IMG/VR virus record: IMGVR_UViG_3300036832_000815
Source of the DNA: an uncultured virus (IMG/VR IMGVR_UViG_3300036832_000815)
Taxonomy: Duplodnaviria; Heunggongvirae; Uroviricota; Caudoviricetes
Reading direction: 5' to 3' (one strand)
Length of the DNA: 64,000 nt
Below are positions 48,844 through 59,900 of this stretch, piece by piece. The position numbers were made by a program, and so were the translations under genes. The notes under the pieces were generated by a model. The model had not been told where the DNA came from. It worked only from the letters and a program-made list of their open reading frames with translations, and searched no databases. Within the stretch, counting starts at the first letter, position 1; every line of letters starts with the position of its first letter.

Positions 48844-50309
48844 ATGGCTACCGTAACCGGAACTATCGCTATGTCCGCCACCGCCGGACTCACGGTGGTG
48901 GCCACCCGGACCAACATGACCACCACAGGTGGCCAGCTTACGCAGATCGGTATCGATCCCATCTCCGGTCTGCGGCATGTGGTGGGCACCTGTCCATGGT
49001 GTGGGCAAACCAACGTGTCATTGCATTCGCACATGGATTCCGGTGGTAATACTCGCTTTTCCTGCACCTCTCCCACCGCCGGTCCTTTCATGGATCCCAA
49101 CCAGTCCCCTCTGCCTGCCAATCAAAAGGGCGCGGCGGCCTATAAGCACCGATGACCACCGGAGCCACCTACTCGCTCAAGAACGGCATCCTGGTCCAGG
49201 ACGGTTTGGACCCGCTGGCCGGGATCAAGCCCCCTGGTCCCGGTACCTGCATCAACTGCGGGCAGTACCTGCCCCATCTGGACCTGCATTACTCCCACTA
49301 CTTCGGTTACTTTTGCCTGCCGCCTTTTCTGCCTAATGGCACTGATCCCCGACCACTGCTGCGTACCTTCGGTGAAGGTCAGTTTGGATCCGGCAAGTTC
49401 GGGAGCCCATTGTGACCCTTCGCACCGATCTCGCTGACAGCTTCGATCAGCAGGGCGTGCATGCCGATCAGCACAACCAGGTCAACGCCGCCGTGCTGAC
49501 CCTACAGGGCGCGCCGCCCGTGGGCCTGCAGCTACAGGGCGATGGTTCGGCATATGCGGCCAATCGTCCCTTGCCCCTCAACGCGGCCCAAACCATCAAC
49601 TTCTCACCGCCTTTTCAACCGTCTGTTTCATGGTTGGATGCCAACGGGAGGATCATTCATCCGGGGCTCTACGCCTTACGGACTCAGTTCTTTGCGGCCA
49701 GTGGCTCTGTTGCACCCAGTCAATCGGGTCTGAAGTTGTTTGTCATGGCTGGATATACGATAGAGGTCAGGATCTATAACGTGGACGACCTGTTCTCGCC
49801 TGTGACCAACAGCGGCTCCTGGCGTCCCTCCATGGTCGAGGTGTTCCCTATCACCACGGCGGCACTCAACCAATACGGCGGTGCTTTCCAACCGGTCACC
49901 TACACCACCATGCAGACCTACGACGCTACCGGGGTCCTGCGAACCAGCCAGTTGCTTTTGCGGTATGCAGCCTAAGTAAGGAGATCCAATGGCAACCGGT
50001 CAAGCCCAGCGGGCCTATCACAGCGCTTTGGTGGCCTCCACCGTGGATACGGTGACCATAAACCACGGCTTCGAGTTCGTGGAGATCATCAACCGCAACG
50101 GCACCGCGGAGATCTTTTTCACCCTGGATGGCACCACCAATCCCACCGTCGCCGGGGCCGACTGCTACATCATCCCCGGTGCCATAACCTCCCGCATCCG
50201 GGCCAATCCCCTGGGCAGTCGTAACACCACGGTGGTCAAGCTCATCTCCTCCGGCACCCCCAACTACACCGTCCAGGGGGCCGACAACACCATGGTGCCG
50301 TCCGGCTGA
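48844..50309 (+). other. Putative small virion CDS: 48844-49155, 49152-49415, 49412-49975, 49989-50309
   Basis: Closely packed ORFs in the structural region. Confidence 0.6.
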
Positions 50310-50310
50310 G

Positions 50311-50346
50311 CCTGTCACCGTAGAATCCAGAGCGACGAAGAGATGA
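50311..50346 (+). promoter_or_regulatory. Putative late promoter motif
   Basis: CCTGTC-N12-AGAGC-GAC-GAAGAGATGA. Confidence 0.7.
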
Positions 50347-50374
50347 GAACCTCGCGTCGAGGGAGGAATGCCCT

Positions 50375-50536
50375 ATGCCACATCAAGTCACGGTCGTCAA
50401 GGCCAACACCACCCTGCCCAACGGGTTCACCTATCCGGTGGGGTCGGTGGTCATCCTGTCCAACGAGCAGTTCTCCCGGCTTCAGGCGGGCATCTTCACC
50501 AGGGGCAACCTGACCGACGGCGGGAACGTCCCCTAA
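50375..50536 (+). CDS. 53-aa protein, paralog of next gene
   Basis: MPHQVTVVKANTTLPNGFTYPVGSVVILS...RGNLTDGGNVP; GGAGG SD; absent from the ORF track. Confidence 0.75.
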   Translation: MPHQVTVVKANTTLPNGFTYPVGSVVILSNEQFSRLQAGIFTRGNLTDGGNVP

Positions 50537-50538
50537 CC

Positions 50539-50712
50539 ATGGCCCGTCAGGTCACCATCGTCAGGGCCGGTACCACCCTGCCCAATGGAATCTCTTATCC
50601 CGTGGGGGCGGTGGTCGTCCTCACCGACCAGCAGTGGAACATGATCAACCCCGGCATGGTCACCCGCGGCAACTTGACCGACGGCGGCAACATCCCCACC
50701 ACCTCCCAGTAG
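50539..50712 (+). CDS. 57-aa protein, paralog of previous gene
   Basis: MARQVTIVRAGTTLPNGISYPVGAVVVLT...RGNLTDGGNIP. Confidence 0.75.
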   Translation: MARQVTIVRAGTTLPNGISYPVGAVVVLTDQQWNMINPGMVTRGNLTDGGNIPTTSQ

Positions 50713-50770
50713 GTCTCCCCTCAAGCTGGTCGAAGGCCGCCCCAGGACTCCGGGGTGGCCTTCGCCGCGT

Positions 50771-50806
50771 CCTGTCACCCCTTCGATCAGAGCGACGAAG
50801 GGATGA
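50771..50806 (+). promoter_or_regulatory. Putative late promoter motif
   Basis: CCTGTC-N12-AGAGC-GAC-GAAGGGATGA. Confidence 0.7.
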
Positions 50807-50841
50807 AAGCCGTCCAAACTCATCTCATGGAGGATCACATC

Positions 50842-51384
50842 ATGTCTGGTTCGGGTGTTCTCATCGTCCGCAATATGCACGGCGGACCTACCACGTTTAC
50901 CTTTGAACACGATGGGATGAAGACACCCTATGAATGGTTCGGCGCGGGCGATGTGGATGAGCGGGACATCCTCGAAGTACCCGAGTCCATGGCCCTCAAC
51001 CCCCACTTTCGCAAGGCCGTAGCACGGGGCATCTTCAAGGTCGAGGAGGGCGACGAGGACGTGGTGGCCTCCATCACCAGGGCCGGGCAGCGCTGGCAGG
51101 AGCGCCAGACCCAACGCCGCAGTGAGATCGAAGCCCAGATGGACCGTCAGGAGGACAAGTCCATGGTGGTGGTGGCCTGCGTGGGACCGGGGCCGCGGGG
51201 CTCGACGTGTGGGGCCAGCGTGTTCGAGCGGGTCAAGACCCAGGGTGGCAAGCCCCCGCTGTGCCCCAACCATGAGCATCTCTCCACCAACTTCGTGCAG
51301 GTGGAGACCAACGAGATCCGCGACGGCAAGGCCGTCATGACCTGGGTGCAGGCGGCCAAGACGGCCCCCAACGCCATCGACTGA
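50842..51384 (+). CDS. Hypothetical phage protein with C-terminal Cys/His cluster
   Basis: GGAGGA SD; W.GAGD..E.DI.EVP; C...C...PPLCPNH. Confidence 0.7.
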   Translation: MSGSGVLIVRNMHGGPTTFTFEHDGMKTPYEWFGAGDVDERDILEVPESMALNPHFRKAVARGIFKVEEGDEDVVASITRAGQRWQERQTQRRSEIEAQMDRQEDKSMVVVACVGPGPRGSTCGASVFERVKTQGGKPPLCPNHEHLSTNFVQVETNEIRDGKAVMTWVQAAKTAPNAID

Positions 51385-52152
51385 TGTCCGACACCTCCGA
51401 CGACTACGAGTACGAGACCACCGACGAGCCCGACCCTTACCCGGTCGAGGACCCGGCCACCCAGGTGCTGGCCGACGATTCCATCCTGTACCCCGGCACT
51501 TTCTAAGGAGCCCCCTATGTCCGAGCAAACCGACCAGCCCGTGGCGGAGACCGAGGAGGCCCCGCCCGAGGACGCCGAAGTCACCCCGGCCGACACCGGT
51601 CCTGACCCCAACCTGGAGAGTCAGTTCGCCCGCGCCCGTGACATGGGCATCACCGGGGACCCCGACGCCGAGCCCGGCTACGTGGTCGATCCCGACTTCG
51701 TGCCCAACCCCCTGGACGTGGGCACCCTTCGCACCGACGAGATCCACGGCATCTCCGCCTACGACATCACCCGCCACGCCGGGGTCTTCGATCCCACCTT
51801 TGTCACCGAGTCACCTTTCCAGGCCGAGGTGGTGCCCCAGGCTGTCGCCACCGACTACGACCCGTCCGCCGCGGCCGGGGTGCTGGCCGAGGTCAGCCCT
51901 CAGGAGTCCCCCCAGGCCGCCACCACCCGCCAGGCCGAGGTAGCCGCGGCGGGAACCGGGGCCAGCGGCACCGCCACCGAGGTCGAGGCCGCCCCCCAGC
52001 AGCCTGCCGTGGTGGAGGAGGAGGCTCCTCCTGAGGCCGCAGCCACCACCAGGCGGGCCTCCAGGGCCACCAAGGGGGCTCCGGCCCCATCTCCTGCCGA
52101 CACCCGTGACAGCACCTTAGAGCCCCCTCCAGAGGCCCCTCAGACCCCCTGA
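51384..52152 (+). other. Acidic low-complexity CDS: 51384-51506, 51517-52152
   Basis: D/E/P/A-rich; AAGGAG before 51517. Confidence 0.6.
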
Positions 52153-52155
52153 CCC

Positions 52156-52812
52156 ATGCCCTCCCCGTCGCCCAAGCTGGGGTTGAACATCTTCGCCCTG
52201 GCGGACACCTTCTCCACCGCCCAGTACAACGCCAACTGGAACGCGCTCGACGCCTCTCCCGGCATCCTGGTCTGCACCTCGACCACCCGGCCTACCTGGG
52301 GGGCCAACCAGACGGGCATGCGGATCTCCGAGACCGACACCGGGCTGCTGTGGACCTGGAACGGCTCGGCCTTTGCGCGATCGCATGGGGTGGGCAACCT
52401 GGGCCGGGTGACCCGGACCTCCAACATCTCCACCACCGCCCAGTGGACTCCGCCCTCGACCGGCACCTTGATCACGGCCCTGACCGAGACGGTGCATCCG
52501 CCGCCCGGCAACCGCATGCTCATGGTGGTGGCCGAGGTGCCCGAGGTCCAGAACGCCAACGGGCTCAGCTACCTGGTCCTCCAGCGTGACGCCGTCATCC
52601 TGACCTCCTGGCCGGTGTGGACCTCCCAGGAGACCGGCTCCGGCAACTCCGGGAATGCCGGGTCCAAGGGTGACTACGTCACCTTCGACCAGCCCAATGA
52701 AGCCTCGCCGGTCTACACCCTGGCCTTCGCCGCGGCCACCGTCACCCAGGGCACCACCACCCTGATCGGGGTGGCCTCCCGGCCCATCGCCCTGACCGTG
52801 ATCGAGACCTGA
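52156..52812 (+). CDS. Minor tail protein
   Basis: SPKLGL...YNANWNALD...TSTTRP...G.RISETDTG...WNG pattern. Confidence 0.65.
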   Translation: MPSPSPKLGLNIFALADTFSTAQYNANWNALDASPGILVCTSTTRPTWGANQTGMRISETDTGLLWTWNGSAFARSHGVGNLGRVTRTSNISTTAQWTPPSTGTLITALTETVHPPPGNRMLMVVAEVPEVQNANGLSYLVLQRDAVILTSWPVWTSQETGSGNSGNAGSKGDYVTFDQPNEASPVYTLAFAAATVTQGTTTLIGVASRPIALTVIET

Positions 52813-55800
52813 TGGCCCAGGTGACCATCATCGGGGACGGCACCGACATCCCCGTCGGAGATTCCCAGGATCCGCTCAGCGACGGTCATGTGACGGCCCA
52901 TGACATGATCGCTGAGTACATTGTTGACTTGGAGGCTAAAGCCTCGGTGCCAGTGCTGGCTTTTCCGCTCATTGATACCAGCCAGACCACTCAGTTCGTC
53001 ACCGAGTATTCCACCAGTGTTAAAGGGGATGTCTACCCTAGATTCCAGATCACTGTGGATGGAACTCAGTCCTGGGGACCAGGTACGACAACTTTCGACA
53101 CAACCTTTTCCCGTACTAATGCTGGCGCTCTGACCTTGAAGCGAGTATCGGGAGCGGCCGGTCTGTATGTCGATGCTTCCACGAATGCGAGTGTTAACTG
53201 GTTTCGTAGTGGAACTCAGAAGTACGCCCTCTACACCTACTCGGCTACGGACAAGCTAGCCCTCTTCGACGGCAGCACTCTGAACGATGACATCATGTCC
53301 TGGTACCAGGGTGTGATCGCTTGGAAGGCTCCGGTTCAGGCTCTCAACACTCAGCCTGCCCAGGTGGCGTTTCGATTGCAACTAGCGGCCAGTCAGACCG
53401 CTGATGCTCTGGAGATCTTGAACTCCGGTGGCACCAAGATCTCTTGGATTGACCCTACAGGTTGGTACTGGCAACCCGCCGACACCGGTCTTACCATCGG
53501 TCATCTCCAGTTCGGTGACAGCACCACTTACGGCTGGGGATCCATCGCCACCACTGACAACCGTCGCATCGTGGTCACCAACATCAGTGCCCTTCAGATC
53601 TACGCCCCGGCCAGCGTCTTCAACAACAACGCCGCGGCCAACGCTCTTTTGGTGCAAGGAGCCGCCAGTCAGGGTGGCAACCTGCTGGCCCTGCAAACCA
53701 ACGCCAGCGTCAACGTCTTCACCGTTGGACCGACCGGTGCAATGACCGCTTCAAGTGCCATTCTTACCGCGCCCGCATCAACGATTGTTCCGCTCCGTAT
53801 CAACGGGGCTGCCTCGCAGACCGCCAACCTGCAGGAGTGGTGGAATAGCACCCCCCAACTCATGCTCAAGGTCACGCCTGCGGGTGATCTGGCCTATCAC
53901 ACCCTGAACAACCTGAGCTTCGTAGGCCCCAGCGGCCAGAACTTGCTGAAGCTGGCGGACTGGTCACTGTCCGGTGGCGCATGGACCGATAATCAGCACG
54001 CCGTCACCATGCAGACGGGCCTGGCCGCCAGCGGGTACGCCTGGATCATCGGCACGGGTGGCACCAACCTGGCTCGCCTGGGCATCAACGCCAACGTGGT
54101 GCATATCACCACCACGCAGTATCCCAGCGCCGCTCCTCCTATCGCCGGGAACATGCTGCAAGTGGATGGCAATGTCCAGGCGCGAGGTCTCACCGTCGGA
54201 CAGCAGGCTGTGGCTGACTCCAGGATCACCATGAACAGCCCTGGCTACAACGGAGACAACTTCTTCACCATGAACCGGGGTGGGGCCAATAACGAGTGGA
54301 TGAGGATCGTGGCGGCCGCAGGCGGCAGCAGTGGCCTGAACAACACCTACGTCATTGATCGGGTCGGGACCAGTGCGCCTGTCTTGCGTGATCTGGCCTT
54401 CAGGATCTCCACCAATGGTGGGTCTTCCTATAACACCGTCCTGGATCTGACGCCTAATGGTGGCGTCGTCCTGACTGATCCCACTGCTGGTGATGTGCCC
54501 TTTACGATCAGTCTGACCACCGCGGGCGCACTTCAGAACGTCATCCACATCACTGATCAGCTAGCCCGCAAGTGGCTCGACCTGTGGATCTCCAACACCG
54601 CCGTAGGCATCGACTTCTCCTTCGCCGGATCTTCATCCATCGCAGAGATTGGTGTGTCCAATGGTGCGTCGATCATGCCCGATGCCGTGGCCAATGACTT
54701 CGTGGTGCGGGCGGCGACGGGCACTGGCATCCGGTTCGGCATCAACGGTCAGTCCGCCAGCGCCGTGGTCATCGGCTCGACGGGTGGCGTGATCATGACG
54801 GCTCAAGCCGCCACCGCCATACCGCTGACCATCAAGGAGGCCGCCAGCCAGAGCGCCGTTCCCTTCCAGATCCAGAACAGCGCAGGTGCGGCCCTTTTCT
54901 CGGTGAATCCCCTGGGCTATCTGATCCTCACCGGTACACCAACCAGTCAGGTCTCGATTGTTCCAAACGGTGGCGGACAATGCATCCTCGACATCAACAA
55001 CGGGACCAACGAGTGGTGGATCTACCAGAACGTCAGCGACGGCTCGCTGTACTTCCGGGACATGAAGAACGCCAAGATGCAGATGAGCTTCTACCCCGGC
55101 GCGTCAGCGGCCCTGGCGGTCACCGAGTTCGTCTCCACCGTCCAGGTCGATGGTTATTTCACGGTAGGCACAGCGGGCAGCTACGGGGGCGGCACAGGCT
55201 CGATGATGTTCCTCGGCAACGACACCGCCGATCCCAGCACCAACCCCACGGGCGGCACCATCCTCTTTTCATCGGCGGGCGTCCTCAAGGCCCGCACCCC
55301 CAATGGCGCGGTCACCCAGATTGCCCCCGCCAATCCGGCCATCGTGGCCGCCGCCAACCCGTATGTGCCGTGGAATATCAACATCGATTATTCCAGCAAT
55401 ATCGCCACCGGGCACAACCAGTATGCATCGGGGAATGGCACCCTGATTACCAGCTATCCCTGGTTCAGCGGTCCGACTGCCATCACCATCAGCCAGATCA
55501 GCACCTATGTCGGCACGGCCTTTGTGGCCGGAACAGTGATCCGGGTGGGTGTCTACACCATCACGAACCAGGCCAGTCCCTTCCAGGTCACCTGGGACAC
55601 TCCTTATGCCACGCTGACTTCGGAGTTGGGCACCATGCTCATCGACTCCACGGGCAACAAAACACTGGCCGTCAATCTTACCATCCCGGCCAACACCTGG
55701 TTTTTCCTGGCCGCGGTGGAGCAGGGCGACACTGGCAACACCGGCAAGCGCTGGGTGGGCGTCAATACCGCGGGCAGCCCATCCGCCTATGGATCGAACA

Positions 55801-55943
55801 ACTCACCTGGTGCGTACTGGAGCTATCAAGCCACCGGGCTCAGCACAACCGGCGGCTCTGTTCTCGGCGTGCTGCCCACCACCTATACCCCTCACGGCAC
55901 CACGGCCACTGATGCTGGCATTTCCTTCCACCGGAGTGCCTAG
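52812..55943 (+). CDS. Tail fibre-like protein (1043 aa)
   Basis: G/A/T/S-rich modular repeats shared with 56962-63159. Confidence 0.75.
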   Translation: MAQVTIIGDGTDIPVGDSQDPLSDGHVTAHDMIAEYIVDLEAKASVPVLAFPLIDTSQTTQFVTEYSTSVKGDVYPRFQITVDGTQSWGPGTTTFDTTFSRTNAGALTLKRVSGAAGLYVDASTNASVNWFRSGTQKYALYTYSATDKLALFDGSTLNDDIMSWYQGVIAWKAPVQALNTQPAQVAFRLQLAASQTADALEILNSGGTKISWIDPTGWYWQPADTGLTIGHLQFGDSTTYGWGSIATTDNRRIVVTNISALQIYAPASVFNNNAAANALLVQGAASQGGNLLALQTNASVNVFTVGPTGAMTASSAILTAPASTIVPLRINGAASQTANLQEWWNSTPQLMLKVTPAGDLAYHTLNNLSFVGPSGQNLLKLADWSLSGGAWTDNQHAVTMQTGLAASGYAWIIGTGGTNLARLGINANVVHITTTQYPSAAPPIAGNMLQVDGNVQARGLTVGQQAVADSRITMNSPGYNGDNFFTMNRGGANNEWMRIVAAAGGSSGLNNTYVIDRVGTSAPVLRDLAFRISTNGGSSYNTVLDLTPNGGVVLTDPTAGDVPFTISLTTAGALQNVIHITDQLARKWLDLWISNTAVGIDFSFAGSSSIAEIGVSNGASIMPDAVANDFVVRAATGTGIRFGINGQSASAVVIGSTGGVIMTAQAATAIPLTIKEAASQSAVPFQIQNSAGAALFSVNPLGYLILTGTPTSQVSIVPNGGGQCILDINNGTNEWWIYQNVSDGSLYFRDMKNAKMQMSFYPGASAALAVTEFVSTVQVDGYFTVGTAGSYGGGTGSMMFLGNDTADPSTNPTGGTILFSSAGVLKARTPNGAVTQIAPANPAIVAAANPYVPWNINIDYSSNIATGHNQYASGNGTLITSYPWFSGPTAITISQISTYVGTAFVAGTVIRVGVYTITNQASPFQVTWDTPYATLTSELGTMLIDSTGNKTLAVNLTIPANTWFFLAAVEQGDTGNTGKRWVGVNTAGSPSAYGSNNSPGAYWSYQATGLSTTGGSVLGVLPTTYTPHGTTATDAGISFHRSA

Positions 55944-55945
55944 AG

Positions 55946-56566
55946 ATGAGCGCCGCCACTTGGGCAGATCCCAGCGTCACCTGGGGCGACGGGTTTACTA
56001 CATGGGGCGGAACGTCACCGGTATTTCCTGTCGTTCGACCAGGTGCCCCGCTTTACCCTGCTCCTATAGCCGGAGCCCCGGATGTCGTCACCGTTATCGA
56101 TCCCGATCTATTGCGTCCCGGATCTCCTCTTTACGCATTTCCTATTGTCGATGCCCCGGTAGTGGAGAACACGGTAGGAGCATTCATCATCTATCCCACA
56201 GTCGCTTGATCAGAACAGGATCGTGATATGACTGATACACCGCCAGAACTCGTCACCCGTACCTGTGACAAATGTGGGCAGACCGACAGTGATCCACATC
56301 ATGTTCAATACGTCGCCTTCAATCACCCGGTGACCGGCGAGCCCACCGACCTTTCTGTATCCAAGCATGTCGATTGTTGCGCTGAGGATGGTTGCCCCAT
56401 TTGCAGCCTGGATATGGCGAATGCTCCCCAGGGAGCGCATGCCGAGACCATGCGGGAGTTTCTTCAGAATCGTCCGACTGAACTCAACCAGCAACAGTTC
56501 GAACAGAACGCCATCGAGTCACCGGAGTTTTCCATCCCTGCTACTGGTGAGGAGCCCACCGCCTAA
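55946..56566 (+). other. Two small CDS: 55946-56209, 56228-56566
   Basis: TWAD..TWG repeats; CDKC...H..CC...CPIC. Confidence 0.55.
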
Positions 56567-56952
56567 TGGCCAACCTTGTCACTACTGAAGCCAATGCCAT
56601 CCTGAACGCCACCTCGGGTCAGGCCGCCTATCCAGCCGTTACCACCCCGGTCAAGGTGGCCCTGGTCACCGTCACCGGCACCGCGGCGGCAGCCGGTTCC
56701 GAGGTGAACGGGGCCGGGTACGCCCGCCAGACCATCACCTTCGCGGCCGCTTCGGCCGGATCCATCGCCTCCAACGTGGCCCTGACCTACACCAACATGC
56801 CCGGCCCCATCACAGTGACCGGCGTGGACGAGTGGGACAGTGCCGGTACCCCGGTGCGGCGCTGGTTCGGTAATCTAAGTGCATCAAAAGCGGTCAATGC
56901 AGGTGACACGTTCTCGATTGCATCAGGATCATATACAAAGACGCTCAGCTAG
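56566..56952 (+). CDS. Small tail-associated structural protein
   Basis: VKVALVT...GSEVNGAGYARQTITFAAAS...SKAVNAGDTF. Confidence 0.7.
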   Translation: MANLVTTEANAILNATSGQAAYPAVTTPVKVALVTVTGTAAAAGSEVNGAGYARQTITFAAASAGSIASNVALTYTNMPGPITVTGVDEWDSAGTPVRRWFGNLSASKAVNAGDTFSIASGSYTKTLS

Positions 56953-56961
56953 GTCCATCCC

Positions 56962-59900
56962 ATGACGGCGGTGGACCTGTTCTCCGAGTACTACCGGTGG
57001 ACGGTCACCTCCGGTGGCACTACCGCCCCCGTGGCCGGGACGGTCGAGACCTGGACGGTGGCCTCCTCCAACGGCGCGCCCCCGGCCTCGAACGGCTCCA
57101 CGCCCACCACCCAGTTCCGGGTGGTCGATGCCGCCGATCCCAACGCCCCGCCCGAGATCATGCTGGTCTCCAACGTCTCGGCCACCACCTGGACCGTTAC
57201 TAGGGGAGCCGAGGGAGCCGCCCCCTGGGCGCACGTCGCAGGCTGGACGGCCATACCGGTCCTGACCGCCCAGGCGCTCGGTCAGTTCCCCCGCTTCCCG
57301 CTGACCAACACCGCGGCCACGGCCGCCACGATCGAGTACCGCACCAACGTCACCGCCGATACCCAGTACCGCTTCACCATCACCGCCGACGGCACCCAGT
57401 CCTGGGGCTCGGGCGCGGCGGTGGCCAAGTATGGGCTGGGTGGGGCCGAGCAGAACGTCAGCGGCTACGTCGGCCTACCCATCTTGATGCCCAACGCCTC
57501 CAACGTGGCCACCCTGGCGGGGGTGATGTTCAACGGCAGCCAGGGATCCGGCATGGGCCTGGGCTTCGTGTCCGGCAGCCACGCCGCCTTTGTCACCCCA
57601 TCCGGGTACACCCTCTTCCTCAACAACGTCTCCCTCACCAGCACCCACACGGGCGTCCCAGGGATCAAGATCATCCTGGCCGCCAGCCAGGGCTCCCCTG
57701 CCCTTCAGATCAACAACAGCGGTGGCTCGCTGCTGAGCTTCTTCGACCCCAACGGCAACCTGGGCATCAATGGGCCTGGGATTGGGAATCTCTCCTACAA
57801 CGTGCAGGTGGGGACGGCCAGTACCGGCTCGATCGGCATCGGTGGGGGCTCCATCAGTGAGGCCGGGGGCTACACCAAGTTCTACCGGGCCAGCGGCAAC
57901 TTCGACTTCGAGTGGGGCACGGTAGCCTCGACGTTCTTTGGCGGTGGCCTGAACATTGCCGGTTCTGGGACGGCCACGATACCGGCTCTACAAACGCAGG
58001 TCGGGAATCCTGCTTATCCAGCCCTGTCGGTTTTTGGGGCTGGTGGCCAAACCGGCAACATCATGCAGGTAGGCACGGCCAGTGGCAATGGCGTCTTTGC
58101 AGTGGGACCGAAGCTGGCCCTGACGCTAGGTGCCTTTGATGCTACTACCATCCCACTTACTATCAGTGGTTACAGTGCCCAGACCGCTGACTTGTTGGAT
58201 CTTAAAAACTACGGTGGCACCGTAGTTACATCATTTGATAGTGGTGGTGGTCTTCATTTCAGCACCGATACAGCACTCTATCGTTCCAGCCCACAACAGC
58301 TAACTATCGGCTCTGGCAGCAACTCTTGGGACGTTGGCATACAGAACGGTGCTTCACTGACGTACCACGGCAATGCTATGAGTACTGGTTATGCGCTTTC
58401 CCAAGATGCTAACAGTACCTATCTGAACGCCACGTCAGGTGGTTATGTCTTTTGCCGGAGTGGCAATGTCAATGACATCTGGACCACCAATAACACAGGC
58501 ATGACGCTCAACCGGCCCATAGGCATTGGTCGCATCGGCCAGCCCATGGCCGGAGTCTGGGTTTGGTCTGCGGCCACGGCTGCCACCGACATCCCGTTAG
58601 TTCTCCAGGCCGGTAACGGCCAAACCGCCGACACCTTCGAGATCAGATCGTATGGCAACTCGATTATCTCTGGGTTTGACGCAACCGGTCGATTGTACCT
58701 CGGTCCTACGCCATCCTTCGGTGCAGGTACTGGCCCCATGCTTTTCCTGGGTAATGACACCGCCGATCCCACCGCCAATCCCACAGGCGGTGTCATACTC
58801 TATTCCTCGGCTGGAGTTCTCAAGGCCCGCACCCCCAGCGGGGCCATCGTCCAGTTAGCCCCCAGCACAGGAGTGGCCGCACCTCTCGTCTTGACCGCCC
58901 CTACGGCCACCACCGTGCCCTTGACCCTGGTCGGAGCAGCCAGCCAGAGCAGCGACCTGCTGGATGTCCAAAGCAGCGGCGGCTCCACTCTGGCGGCCAT
59001 CGACGCTACCGGTGCGCTCTATGGCCCCTCGGTGGGTGGTTTCAACGGCAACGACCGGGTCTACTTCCCGGCCGGTAACTACGTGTCGGTGCCCCAGTAC
59101 CTCAGCGTGGGCACCTCGGCGGCCACCAACAGCGGCCAACTCACGGTCTATCCCACCACCACCGGGACGACCGCTATCGCCGTCAGCCTCAAGGCCAGCC
59201 AGACCGGTGACGCCCTCACCATCTACAACTCGGGCGGCTCAGCCGTCCTGGGCATCAATGCCACCGGCCAGTTGTACATGGGCTCTTCTCAGTCCTTCGG
59301 CGGTGGCACCGGACCCATGCTGTTCCTCAACAATGACACCGCCGATCCGGGCTCGAACCCGTTCGGCGGGGTCGTCATCTTCTCGTCGGCGGGGGTACTC
59401 AAGGCCCGTACCCCTTCGGGCGCGATCGTGCAGCTAGCCCCTCAACCCGCTCCGGCCGGGGCCGCCTCGGGTGATCTGTCCGGCACCTATCCCGGCCCCA
59501 CCGTAGCCCGGATCAATGGCACCAGCGTCCCGGCCACCCCGACCTCGGGCCAGGTCCTCACGGCCACCTCCGGCACGGCGGCCACCTGGCAGACCCCCGC
59601 TACAGGTGTCTCCTTCCCCCTGAGCAACACCGCCGCCGCCGCTACCACCATCGAGTACCAGACTCAGGTCACCGCCGACACTTTCTACCGCTTCACCATC
59701 AACGCCCGAGGCGATCACGCCTGGGGCAATGGGGCGGGAGCCACCGACACCAACCTGGCCCGTACCGGCAACGGCATCCTGGCTCTGACCGCCACGGCCA
59801 GAGCCGTCCTCAGCGTGCAGGGTGGCGTCGGCATCACCGAGCAGTCCGCTTCCGCCACCCCGCTGAACATCCAGGCTGCGGCCAGCCAGACTGGTCCACT

